A stretch of 33,243 bases of DNA, from the NCBI GenBank assembly GCA_037441385.1, contig JBBISH010000073.1, positions 1 through 33,243 on the forward strand. The letters are read 5' to 3'. Positions 1 through 8,241 of the stretch are shown here, piece by piece; position 1 is the stretch's first letter; each line of letters starts with the position of its first letter. Under the pieces are notes generated by a model. It searched no databases and was not told the DNA's origin. It saw only the letters and a program-made list of their open reading frames with translations. Position numbers and translations under genes: made by a program. This DNA comes from Myxococcales bacterium (lineage in GTDB: Bacteria; Myxococcota_A; UBA9042).

Positions 1-20
1 CATGCCGGACGCACCACCCC

Positions 21-60
21 GTCGGCTGCGCCGACTGCCCCAACGCTTTGGGCGAGGGGC
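21..60. repeat. short GC-rich intergenic hairpins (REP-like)
   Basis: GTCGGC/GCCGAC (21-35) and GCCCC/GGGGC (37-60) inverted repeats. Confidence 0.3.
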
Positions 61-67
61 GGTTATG

Positions 68-93
68 CGGTGTCAGGTATTGCCACTTGCCAC
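68..93 (+). repeat. isolated copy of the 5' motif of the 243-bp element
   Basis: CGGTGTCAGGTATTGCCACTTGCCAC is 26/26 identical to 13848-13873. Confidence 0.9.
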
Positions 94-386
94 TCTTGGC
101 CGGAGCCGGAGCCTGAACCCGCCCTTTCGTTCCACTTTCGCCTGAGTTGTGTGGCGATTTTCCTTGCGTTGCGCCAGTTCCCTTGGCCAGCCCACCCCAA
201 ATCCAAGCCTCCGGCCTCAGCCATGACACGCCGTGACGAGGCCGTGGCAGCCGGAGAGTCGACCCTCTATTGCATTCGCAAGTTGCCCAGCGCTATCGTC
301 TTGCCACACTCCGCAGCGACGTCGTGCGCCAAGTCCCTCGCTGCTGGGCGGAATGCCTTCCGTTCACCGCCACCAGCGAGGACTCC

Positions 387-3300
387 ATGTCGCGCGTCTA
401 CTTCTACGCACTGGTTCTACTTGCCGTCCTGACCGCCGCCTGTGGTTCCACGCCGCCCGCCAAGCTCAGCAAGTCTGTTATCCGGAACGACAGCAGCGTT
501 GCCGACGGCTCGGCCGACTCGGGCACTGGCTCAGACATTCCGGCTGGGACCATGATCTGCAAGACGGACGACGATTGCGCCGCCCCGACGCCCGCCTGCG
601 ACCCACTCCGCCACGAATGCGTCGGCTGCCTCGGCCACGCCAACTGCACGGCGAGCCAGCACTGCGTGGCCAAGGCCTGTTTTCCGTTCACCGCGTGCAA
701 GAACTCGTTGGACTGCAAGGACGCCGTGGGTCCGAGCGGCGAGGCCCAGGCCATCTGCGACAAGGGCATCGGCGAGTGCGTGGAGTGTGCCAGCAAGGAC
801 GACTGTGCGGCCAGCAGCGAGTGTTTGGGCAAGCGCTGTGTCGCCTACAAGGACTGCACCAATTCGGCCGATTGCCCGCCCGACCAGGTCTGCCACCCGA
901 CCAGCAAGCGCTGCGCCGAGTGCGCCGCCGCTGAGGACTACCCCGCCAGCCACACTTGCGAGCCGGGCCCCAACACGGCCGGCGCCCCTTCACCTGGGGT
1001 GTGCAAGAAATTCACCCCCTGCACCAGTGACAAGCAGTGCACGGACCAGGGGATGCTGTGCGACAAGGTCAAGGGCAAGTGCGCGCAGTGCCTCCAGAAC
1101 GCCGACTGCCCAGCCGTCTATCACTGCGTGGACTCGGGCGCCGGCGGCACTGGCGAGTGCATCCTGGACGTGTGCAAACCGGGCACGGGCTCGTGCCAGG
1201 GCGGCGTCAAGGTCGCCTGCAACCCCGAAGGCAGCGGCTACGGCGCGCCCGAGACCTGCGGACCGCAGACGACCTGCACGGTGTATGTCGGTAAAGTCGA
1301 ATGTTCGCCGTGGGTTTGTACGCCGGGCAAGAGCTGTGTCAATGGGCAGCTGGTCGAGTGCAGCGCCGACGGCTTGGACGTGGTCAGCGCGGCCGCCTGC
1401 AGCGACGGCAAGGCCTGTGTGAACGGAGCGTGCCAGGCGGCCAAGTGCGCGCCCGGCGGCAAATTCTGCAAGGACAACGCCGTGATGCTGTGTGCTGGCG
1501 ACGGCCAGTCTTCTGACGTCAGTGAACTCTGTTCGGCGAGCCAGTTCTGCCAGGATGGAGCGTGCAAGGCTCAGATCTGCAAGCCGAAACTGGCCAGCTG
1601 CGATGGGAACTCGGTCAAGACGTGCAACGGCGTCGGCTCCGGCTACGAGGGCGACGGGCAAGACTGCGGCGAGTTGAAGTGCGCGGACGGCGCTTGCAAG
1701 AAGCCGATCTGCCAGGCGAATACGACGTACTGCCAGGGTCAGCAGCTGCTGATGTGCAACGCCGATGGGATGGGCGGCCAGCTGGTCAAGACTTGCCCGG
1801 GAAGCCAGGTCTGCTTGGACGGCGGCTGCAAGGCTCTGGTCTGTCAGGCTAATCAGCAGGGCTGCGACGGTAACTCCGCCAATACATGCAACGCCACCGG
1901 CACCGCTTGGACTGGCCCCGGCAAGGACTGCGGGAGTCAGAAGTGCATCGCCGGCGTCTGCAGCAGCCTGGCCTGCGCGCCGGCCACGATCTACTGCGAA
2001 GGTGGCCTGCTCAAGACCTGCAGCGCCGATGGAACCAGCGTGAAATCCCAGCAAAGTTGCCCCGGTGGCACCTATTGCGGGGTGGGCGCGACTGGCGACG
2101 CCGGCTGCTTGCCGATGGTCTGCAACCCCGGCCAAGACGGCTGCGACGGCAAGGTGGCGGCGCAGTGCAACGCCGAGGGCTCGGGCTTCAAGGCGGGCGG
2201 CACCGACTGCGCGGCGACGGGTAAGGTCTGCAGCAGCGGCACATGCGTGAGCTTGAAGTGTGACCCACAGAACCCGTTGTACTGCGAGGGCAATGTCGCG
2301 ATGAAGTGCGACGCGAGCGGGTTGAATCCGAGTAGCCTGCAGACGTGTGCTAGCGCGCAGTACTGCGACAAGGGGGTCTGTCAGGCGCAGGTTTGCAGCC
2401 CGAATAGTCTGGGATGCAATGGGAATTTGGTGGCGACGTGCAACGCGTTGGGGAGCGCGTGGCTGGCGGGCGGGACGGATTGTGGTGCGAGTGGCGGAAC
2501 TTGCGCGGCGGGGAAGTGCGTGACGGGCTACCCGTCTTGCGCCGCGGTCTTGGCGGCGAACAAGGCGGCGGCCGACGGCCTCTACCCCATTGACCCCGAT
2601 GGCGCCGGTCCGACCGCACCCGCGAACCTCTTCTGCGACATGAAGAACGGCGGTCTGACCCTGGTCGCCAACATCTACGACTCGGCCGGGGACGACGCGC
2701 CGAACAGCACCGACTACGTGGTCAGCGGCTGGCAGCAGACGGCGAGCGGGGCGTGGAACAAGGTGGCGAGCAAGGTGGATCGCGATGCGACGGGGTCGGG
2801 GAGTGCGGCGGTGTCGTTGGAATTCGTCAAGGCGTTGGGTTCGAGCGCGGGGCAGAAGCACTTGAAGATGTGCTTTTTCGAGAGCACCGGCGCGGAGACC
2901 ATCTGCAGGAACTCAGCGGATGGCACGCTGACTTTGGCTTCGTACTCTGGCGGCAACCCGTTGCTGTCGGCCTACGCGAACCTGCCCTTGGTCTACAGCT
3001 TTGCGCGTCTCGCCGGAATGCCTGGGCCCCAGAACTGCTACGACGCCAATTCGTGTTTTGGAGCAGGCTACTGCATTGGCGTGCAGCCGGGCGGGTGGTT
3101 CGGCGATGGATGCACGACGCAAAAGGGAATTTGCGGATTTGGCGGTGTTGGGGCAGCCCAGGAGCAGCCAGGATTCGTCTGGCACGCGTTTTGTGGCGGC
3201 GAGGCTTACGCGCCCTATCGCACGGCCGCTGCCGGGAATTTGGAGTTGGCGGGCGCCACTCCTTCCGGATTCCGCCTGTATGTGTCGTCGCAGGCTACTT

Positions 3301-3533
3301 GCGGCAACGGTATCAAGGAAGCCGGCGAGAGCTGCGACGACGGCAATACCAAGAGCGGCGACGGATGCTCCGCGACGTGCCTCCTCGAAGCCGGCCAATG
3401 CGGTTCGAATTCCACTCAGTCCTGCAAAGGCAAGTGCGGGGGCAAGGGTTCAGGAGGCTGCTACTGCGACGGCGTGTGCGTTCAGGCCGGGGACTGCTGT
3501 TCCGACTACCAGCCTTGTTGCAGTGCGCCTTGA
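387..3533 (+). CDS. large Cys-rich repeat lipoprotein with fibrinogen-like domain, Myxococcus Cys-rich (DUF4215-type) repeat and C-terminal somatomedin-B-like domain
   Basis: GAGGA RBS before ATG 387; signal peptide with lipobox LTAAC; many Cys repeats; SC...DGLYPIDPDG...CDMKNGGLTLV; CGNGIKEAGESCDDGN...DGCSATC; SCKGKCG...CYCD..C...GDCCSDY. Confidence 0.85.
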   Translation: MSRVYFYALVLLAVLTAACGSTPPAKLSKSVIRNDSSVADGSADSGTGSDIPAGTMICKTDDDCAAPTPACDPLRHECVGCLGHANCTASQHCVAKACFPFTACKNSLDCKDAVGPSGEAQAICDKGIGECVECASKDDCAASSECLGKRCVAYKDCTNSADCPPDQVCHPTSKRCAECAAAEDYPASHTCEPGPNTAGAPSPGVCKKFTPCTSDKQCTDQGMLCDKVKGKCAQCLQNADCPAVYHCVDSGAGGTGECILDVCKPGTGSCQGGVKVACNPEGSGYGAPETCGPQTTCTVYVGKVECSPWVCTPGKSCVNGQLVECSADGLDVVSAAACSDGKACVNGACQAAKCAPGGKFCKDNAVMLCAGDGQSSDVSELCSASQFCQDGACKAQICKPKLASCDGNSVKTCNGVGSGYEGDGQDCGELKCADGACKKPICQANTTYCQGQQLLMCNADGMGGQLVKTCPGSQVCLDGGCKALVCQANQQGCDGNSANTCNATGTAWTGPGKDCGSQKCIAGVCSSLACAPATIYCEGGLLKTCSADGTSVKSQQSCPGGTYCGVGATGDAGCLPMVCNPGQDGCDGKVAAQCNAEGSGFKAGGTDCAATGKVCSSGTCVSLKCDPQNPLYCEGNVAMKCDASGLNPSSLQTCASAQYCDKGVCQAQVCSPNSLGCNGNLVATCNALGSAWLAGGTDCGASGGTCAAGKCVTGYPSCAAVLAANKAAADGLYPIDPDGAGPTAPANLFCDMKNGGLTLVANIYDSAGDDAPNSTDYVVSGWQQTASGAWNKVASKVDRDATGSGSAAVSLEFVKALGSSAGQKHLKMCFFESTGAETICRNSADGTLTLASYSGGNPLLSAYANLPLVYSFARLAGMPGPQNCYDANSCFGAGYCIGVQPGGWFGDGCTTQKGICGFGGVGAAQEQPGFVWHAFCGGEAYAPYRTAAAGNLELAGATPSGFRLYVSSQATCGNGIKEAGESCDDGNTKSGDGCSATCLLEAGQCGSNSTQSCKGKCGGKGSGGCYCDGVCVQAGDCCSDYQPCCSAP

Positions 3534-3587
3534 GCCCGACCGCGTGCGGCCCAGCCACTTGGCGGTCAGACCGTCTCCAGCCCCCCA

Positions 3588-4772
3588 CTACCCCATCCCC
3601 AACCCCTCCGGCATCGTCCGCCGCATAAAAGCATCAAACATCGGCACGGTAAACGCCGTATCGCCATGCTGAGGGCTGTAAATCATCCCCTTCTTGATGA
3701 TGCCGGTCCGCAGCGGTGCACAGTTCTCCACCGGCTTGCCCAGCTTGGCGGCAATGTCGCCCGAGCGATGTGGTCCGGGCCCCAGCTCGGCCATCGCCCG
3801 CACATACGCCTTCTCCTTGGGCGTCAAGCGGTCGAAGCGCACCCGGAAAAAGCTCGCGTCCAAGCCGGCAATCGCCACGTCGGCGGCGGCTCGCGCGTCG
3901 GCCAGCGAGATGATGGGGCCAGCGGCAAGGTTCCAGGCCTGCTGCCCCCACTCTTGCAGGAAATAGGGGTACCCCTTTGTTTGTTCAACGATACTCAGTA
4001 TGGCCGCATCCTCGATCTCTGCGCCCTCGGCGACAATGGGCCCCCGCAGCGCCATGGCGGCCGCTTCCGGAGCCAAAGCGCCCACTTCTGGGAACTGAAA
4101 CAGCCGCTCTGCATACGACTTGGCCTCGCCCGCCAGCCCGGCCGTTTGCGGTAGGCCAGCACCGAACATCAGGAGCGGCAGACGTTTTTGACTCGCCCGA
4201 TGCACCGAGACCACCAGCGCCGCCAAGTCGGCCTCGCTCAAGTACTGGACCTCGTCAACAAAAAGCGCCACCGCCCGTTCATCGGCTTTGGCGGCCTCGG
4301 CCACGGTCAACAGCAGTTCAGGCAGATCGGCCTCCAGGTTGCCAGAGTCTGCGGTACCGGGTTCGGGCTCAATGCCCAGCTCCAGTTCGCCAAAGCTCAC
4401 CTTGAACACCGCAGCGAACGACCTCAGCACGCTCAGGCTTCGCCGCGCCAGATCGCCAGCTTTTTCAGACCGGCTGAGGCGATACAGGGCGGCGCGCAGT
4501 TTGGGGACCAGGCTCCGGGCAAGCGGCTGGTCCTCGGGCGACTCGATCACCACGTTCACGTAGCCCTTCGCTGCCGCCACGTCAGCCAAGTGATTGAGGA
4601 GCACAGTCTTTCCCACCCCGCGCAAGCCCAGCAGCATCAGGCTTTGGCTATTGCGGCCGTCGAGCACCCGGTCCAGCGCCACGTCGGCGTTGGCCAGGAT
4701 CGCCTCGCGGCCAGTCAACGCAGGTGGGGGCGATCCGGCACCGGGAGTGAAGGGGTTCTTGCGCGGGTCCAT
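3588..4772 (-). CDS. AAA-family ATP-binding protein (NPF/YTPGAG-type, probable C-terminal winged helix)
   Basis: N-terminal KNPFTPGAGSPPPALTGRE, Walker A GLRGVGKT, Walker B LFVDEVQ, GYPYFLQ, C-terminal FTVPMF; GGAGG RBS. Confidence 0.85.
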   Translation of the reverse strand: MDPRKNPFTPGAGSPPPALTGREAILANADVALDRVLDGRNSQSLMLLGLRGVGKTVLLNHLADVAAAKGYVNVVIESPEDQPLARSLVPKLRAALYRLSRSEKAGDLARRSLSVLRSFAAVFKVSFGELELGIEPEPGTADSGNLEADLPELLLTVAEAAKADERAVALFVDEVQYLSEADLAALVVSVHRASQKRLPLLMFGAGLPQTAGLAGEAKSYAERLFQFPEVGALAPEAAAMALRGPIVAEGAEIEDAAILSIVEQTKGYPYFLQEWGQQAWNLAAGPIISLADARAAADVAIAGLDASFFRVRFDRLTPKEKAYVRAMAELGPGPHRSGDIAAKLGKPVENCAPLRTGIIKKGMIYSPQHGDTAFTVPMFDAFMRRTMPEGLGMG

Positions 4773-4805
4773 GCAGCCTCCGGGTGGTTGTTAACTAACT
4801 ACCTA

Positions 4806-4834
4806 AGCATCTCATAGGCGCCACTAGATGTCAA
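4806..4834 (-). promoter_or_regulatory. putative sigma70 promoter of the AAA ATPase
   Basis: minus strand TTGACA (4834-4829), 17 bp spacer, GATGCT (4811-4806). Confidence 0.45.
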
Positions 4835-4881
4835 AGCTTCCTCTGGATCCCACCCCACCTTGCCCAACCTCCACCAACGAA

Positions 4882-4898
4882 CTAACCTGTTAGCTAAC
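4882..4898. promoter_or_regulatory. putative antitoxin operator
   Basis: CTAAC-CT-GTTAG inverted repeat overlapping palindrome GTTAGCTAAC, ~25 bp upstream of the antitoxin ATG. Confidence 0.5.
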
Positions 4899-4922
4899 CG
4901 GCCACCGCCGGCCCGAGCCGCC

Positions 4923-5153
4923 ATGCCGCGCGTCACCATCCACGCCGCCAAGACCCAGCTCTCGCGGCTCATCGTCCAGGCCTGCGCGGGTGAAGAGGTC
5001 ATCATCGCCCGCGACGACCTACCCGTGGTCCGGCTCGTGCCCATCGAGCCACCGCCAGCGCGACGCAAGTTTGGCGCATTGGCGGGCCAAGCTCGGGTCG
5101 ACGAGGCGTTTTTCGAGCCGCTGAGTGACGAAGAACTAGCGGCCTGGGAGTAG
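4923..5153 (+). CDS. Phd/YefM-family type II antitoxin
   Basis: MPRVTIHAAKTQLSRLI...GEEVIIAR...PVVRLVP...RKFGAL; directly upstream of a PIN toxin. Confidence 0.9.
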   Translation: MPRVTIHAAKTQLSRLIVQACAGEEVIIARDDLPVVRLVPIEPPPARRKFGALAGQARVDEAFFEPLSDEELAAWE

Positions 5154-5156
5154 CCG

Positions 5157-5543
5157 ATGCGCGTGCTGGTCGACACCCATGCGTGGCTGTGGTGGCTGGA
5201 CGGCGACGTTCGGCTCAGTGAACGGGCCCGCAGCGTGCTGGGCGACCCGACGAGCATGTGCCTGGTCAGCGCCGCCAGCGTGTGGGAAATTGCCACCAAG
5301 CACCGCCTGGGCAAACTGCCGGGTGCCGCTGCGGTTGCGGGGGATATCACGGGCACGATCGAGCGCCAGGGGTTCGTCGCGCTGGACATCGTCGCGGCCG
5401 ATGCCGAGCTGGCCGGCAAGCTGGCGGGCGAGCACCGCGACCCGTTTGACCGCATGATCGCTGCCCAAGCGCTGCGCCGCGACTTGCCCGTGATCACCGC
5501 GGATGCTCAGTTGCTCGGCCTGGGCGCGCGCCAGCTTTGGTAG
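5157..5543 (+). CDS. vapC: VapC-family PIN-domain toxin
   Basis: LVDTHAWLWW, VSAASVWEIATK, HRDPFDRMIAAQA, ITAD. Confidence 0.92.
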   Translation: MRVLVDTHAWLWWLDGDVRLSERARSVLGDPTSMCLVSAASVWEIATKHRLGKLPGAAAVAGDITGTIERQGFVALDIVAADAELAGKLAGEHRDPFDRMIAAQALRRDLPVITADAQLLGLGARQLW

Positions 5544-5558
5544 GGCGCGAGCGGCGGG

Positions 5559-6155
5559 CTACGTCAATGCCTGCCCCGTCTTGGGCAACTGCTCCGGCGT
5601 ATCCGTCCCCTCGTACACGTCTTCCAGCGCGCACTCCAGCCCCACGCTCGCCAGCTCGAACGGGCCGCTGACCTCGTACGTCAGGCAAAGCCAGCCCACG
5701 TCGCCTTGGCGGCGCAGGACCTCGATCTGCCGGTACTCCTGGGCGATCAAGACATACTCCTGCAGACTGGGCAAACGTCGATAAGCGTTGAACTTCTCGC
5801 GACGGTCCGTGAGCTCGGTCGACGGCGACAGTACCTCGACCACCAGGGTCGCGTCGCTCACGGCCTGGGTCGCGTCGGCCAGGTCGCCGCCGCAATTCAC
5901 CATCACGTCCGGGTAGTAATAGGCGTCCGCCTTGGCGACGTGGAGCTTGACGTCGGCGATCGATACCTGGCACGGCTTGCCGCGCAGGTGTCCAAGTAGC
6001 TTGGCCGCCAGATTGCCGGCAATGCGGTTGTGGCGTAGCGAGTTGCCGGCCATGGTGTGGATGCAGCCGCCGACGTATTCGTGGCGAATTGCGCTGTTTT
6101 CTTCAGTCCGCAAGTACTCGCCGGGTGTCGGCAGAGGTCGTTGCTGGGCGAGCAT
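5559..6155 (-). CDS. Uma2-family endonuclease
   Basis: RHEYVGG..MAG.S..HNRIAGNL, YYPDVMV, VEVLSPST...DRREKF..Y...PSLQEYVLI; GGAGG RBS. Confidence 0.9.
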   Translation of the reverse strand: MLAQQRPLPTPGEYLRTEENSAIRHEYVGGCIHTMAGNSLRHNRIAGNLAAKLLGHLRGKPCQVSIADVKLHVAKADAYYYPDVMVNCGGDLADATQAVSDATLVVEVLSPSTELTDRREKFNAYRRLPSLQEYVLIAQEYRQIEVLRRQGDVGWLCLTYEVSGPFELASVGLECALEDVYEGTDTPEQLPKTGQALT

Positions 6156-6253
6156 GGCAACCTCCGATCGTGCGAGCCCCTGCGGGCCCTTGTTAGCCTA
6201 CGCGCCGCGGGGGCGGGATCAAGGCGTCCGGTCGAGGTGTCATGGCGCTACCA

Positions 6254-6664
6254 CTACCCGCACCAATCCACCAGCTGCAGCCCTTCGACCCGCTCAAACT
6301 TCCTCGTATTATTCGTGACAAGTGTTGCCCCGTGCGCCACCGCCGTCGCCGCAATCAGGGTGTCGAGCGGTCCAATGCCGCTGCCGGTTCGCTCGAGTTC
6401 GGCGCGCACGGTGGCCGCTACCTTGGCCTCGGCCTCGCCGAACGGCACCACGCCCACCAGTTGCAGAAAACGCTGCAGCTGGGCTTCGCGCTCGGCCCGC
6501 CGCACTGATTTCTGAACGCCCACAGACAGTTCGTACGCCACCACGGCCGGCACCGCCACGGACCTGGGCGGCACGGCCAGCAGGCGCTCGGCAACCCCGC
6601 CGTGACCCTTGAAGAAGTGGATGACGATGCTCGTGTCGAGCATCCATTGCTCGGGCGCCAACAC
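6254..6664 (-). CDS. vapC: VapC-family PIN-domain toxin
   Basis: MLDTSIVI, ELSVG, IGPLDTLIAATA...LVTNNTRKFERVEGL; start GTG 6664 or ATG 6643. Confidence 0.9.
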   Translation of the reverse strand: MLAPEQWMLDTSIVIHFFKGHGGVAERLLAVPPRSVAVPAVVAYELSVGVQKSVRRAEREAQLQRFLQLVGVVPFGEAEAKVAATVRAELERTGSGIGPLDTLIAATAVAHGATLVTNNTRKFERVEGLQLVDWCG

Positions 6665-6891
6665 AGCACCTCGCGCGGGCGGTCAGGCGGAAGGCCACCG
6701 CGGTCGGGTGTGACGACGTCGCTGTCGCGCCACGCCCCGGCCAAGGCGGCTACGTCGGCCGGCCATGCTGTGGCGGCCCGCTCGCGCACCAAGTTGGCGA
6801 CCCATTTGCTCAGCGACAGGCCGGCGGCCGTTGCCGCGGCTCGCATTTGGGCCGAGGTTTCGTCGTCGATGTAGAGGGTGACTTGGGCCAT
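6418..6891 (-). CDS. ribbon-helix-helix/CopG-like antitoxin; expected stop at 6663-6661 reads TGT, so the ORF runs on to 6418
   Basis: GAGGA RBS; MAQVTLYIDDET...AGLSLSKWVANLVRE...WP...LAGAW; upstream of vapC. Confidence 0.75.
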   Translation of the reverse strand: MAQVTLYIDDETSAQMRAAATAAGLSLSKWVANLVRERAATAWPADVAALAGAWRDSDVVTPDRGGLPPDRPREVLCWRPSNGCSTRASSSTSSRVTAGLPSACWPCRPGPWRCRPWWRTNCLWAFRNQCGGPSAKPSCSVFCNWWAWCRSARPRPR

Positions 6892-6900
6892 GGCGTCCTC

Positions 6901-6920
6901 GCAAGTATACTTGCAAGTAT
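6901..6920. promoter_or_regulatory. putative operator: two overlapping perfect 14-bp palindromes
   Basis: GCAAGTATACTTGC (6901-6914) and ATACTTGCAAGTAT (6907-6920), 10-30 bp upstream of the antitoxin start. Confidence 0.6.
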
Positions 6921-7022
6921 GGGTGCTGCGGCGCGTCCAAGCAGCCGAACCCACGTGCAGCAAACTCTGACAATGTGCTATACTTCCAAGGCGCCCAGGC
7001 CTGGGTCGTCGCGCTGTTCGCC

Positions 7023-7340
7023 GTGAACCTGCTCCGCACAACTCCGCCCCAAGCCATGGTCGACGCCCGCGGCCGCCCCTACTTTCTGTGGGATTGCGAC
7101 ATGACGCTCGCCGAGCTGCATGCGGCGCTAGGCTCCAGTGACCGGAGCGAGCGCCTGGCGATGTTGGCTAAGGTCCTGCGTCAGGCCCGCCCGGAGGACG
7201 CGCTGCAGTTTGTCAGTCGTGCGGAATTGACGCGCTTGGAGCCGGAGTTGCGGCCTCTGCTGGGCGACAAGGCCGACTTCTGGCAGTTCTGGTGCGACGT
7301 GTGGCGCGCGAACACGGCCGCGGGGCGCCATGCCGGATAG
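7023..7340 (+). CDS. small hypothetical protein, probable antitoxin partner of the downstream nucleotidyltransferase
   Basis: RPYFLWD.DMT...KVLRQARPED...FW motif; overlaps the next gene; start uncertain (GTG 6975, GTG 7023 or ATG 7056). Confidence 0.7.
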   Translation: MNLLRTTPPQAMVDARGRPYFLWDCDMTLAELHAALGSSDRSERLAMLAKVLRQARPEDALQFVSRAELTRLEPELRPLLGDKADFWQFWCDVWRANTAAGRHAG

Positions 7341-7980
7341 CCTGAGTTCGCTTCAGAAAGAAGTGCTGGCGACCTTGGCGCAGGCCCAGCCGCCACCGGT
7401 GCTTTTTGGCGGTGCAGCGCTTCTGGGTACCGGACTGCAGCATCGGGTGACCCGCGACCTGGACTTGCTGTGGCAGCCCTGCGACGACTTGGGTGACGTG
7501 GCCGCCCAGGTGGATTACCTACTGCGCAAGGCCGGTTATGAGCCGGGCTGGCTGCAGCGTGCGCCGTGGCACCAGCGGACGGTGGTCGACAAGGGTGGCG
7601 AACAGCTGGTGATTGACCTGGTGGCCCATCCCGGCGCCGCGACCCGGCAGTTGGCGACGCTGCAGATTGGCTCCGCTTCCGTGCTGGTGCTGCGCTGGCC
7701 CGACATTTTGGCCGACAAGCTCGGCGCGCTGCTTGGCCGCCAAGAGGGTCGAGATCTGCACGATGTCATGGAGTTGCTGAGTCACGGCCTGGACTTGGCC
7801 GAGGGCCTGCTGGGGGCTGCCGAAGTCGACGGCGGATTTTCGGCGATGACACTTGCTTGGGTGCTGCGCACTTGGCCCATGCCGGCGGTAGCGAAGGCGG
7901 CGGGCTGGAGCGCGGAGCACACTGCGCGGATGGCCCAATTTCGCGACGAACTGGTGGCCCGGTTGACGGCGCTGGTCTAG
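7330..7980 (+). CDS. AbiEii/AbiGii-family nucleotidyltransferase toxin
   Basis: LFGGAAL...HRVTRDLDL, IDLV, ILADKLGALLGR...RDLHD. Confidence 0.85.
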   Translation: MPDSLSSLQKEVLATLAQAQPPPVLFGGAALLGTGLQHRVTRDLDLLWQPCDDLGDVAAQVDYLLRKAGYEPGWLQRAPWHQRTVVDKGGEQLVIDLVAHPGAATRQLATLQIGSASVLVLRWPDILADKLGALLGRQEGRDLHDVMELLSHGLDLAEGLLGAAEVDGGFSAMTLAWVLRTWPMPAVAKAAGWSAEHTARMAQFRDELVARLTALV

Positions 7981-7990
7981 GCTTTTGCCG

Positions 7991-8107
7991 GAACCCGAAC
8001 CTGACGCGCGTGACGCACGTCCCCACCCGAGCCGGGGCCCGAACCTGAACCTGGGCCTGTACCTGAACCTGGCGCGCCGGGCCACACGTCCTCACCCGAA
8101 CCGGTGC
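7991..8107. repeat. hexamer-based (GAACCY) repeats plus an imperfect ~45-bp duplication
   Basis: 7994-8038 resembles 8062-8107 (CCYGAACCTG.CGCG...CACGTCCYCACCCGARCCGG). Confidence 0.6.
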
Positions 8108-8114
8108 AAAAAGA

Positions 8115-8137
8115 TGTCAAGTGTCAATACCTGACCC
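8115..8137 (-). repeat. inverted copy of the 23-bp motif
   Basis: minus strand GGGTCAGGTATTGACACTTGACA is 20/23 identical to GTGTCAGGTATTGCCACTTGCCA (70-92). Confidence 0.75.
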
Positions 8138-8241
8138 TCCGCTGGCGCTTGCCCGCTCCGCTGGCGCTTGCCCGCGCCCGGCCGCCCGCTTATCCTGCCG
8201 CCCTTCTCGCCGACCACCGCCGGTCTGCCGCAAGGACTGTC

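Noticed and set aside
270..386. Upstream extensions given by the ORF track (also 8104, 11217, 11459, 15513, 30899, 33101)
   Set aside because: Downstream ATGs fit better with an RBS, signal peptide or family N-terminus; the 33101 extension also runs through the palindromic elements.
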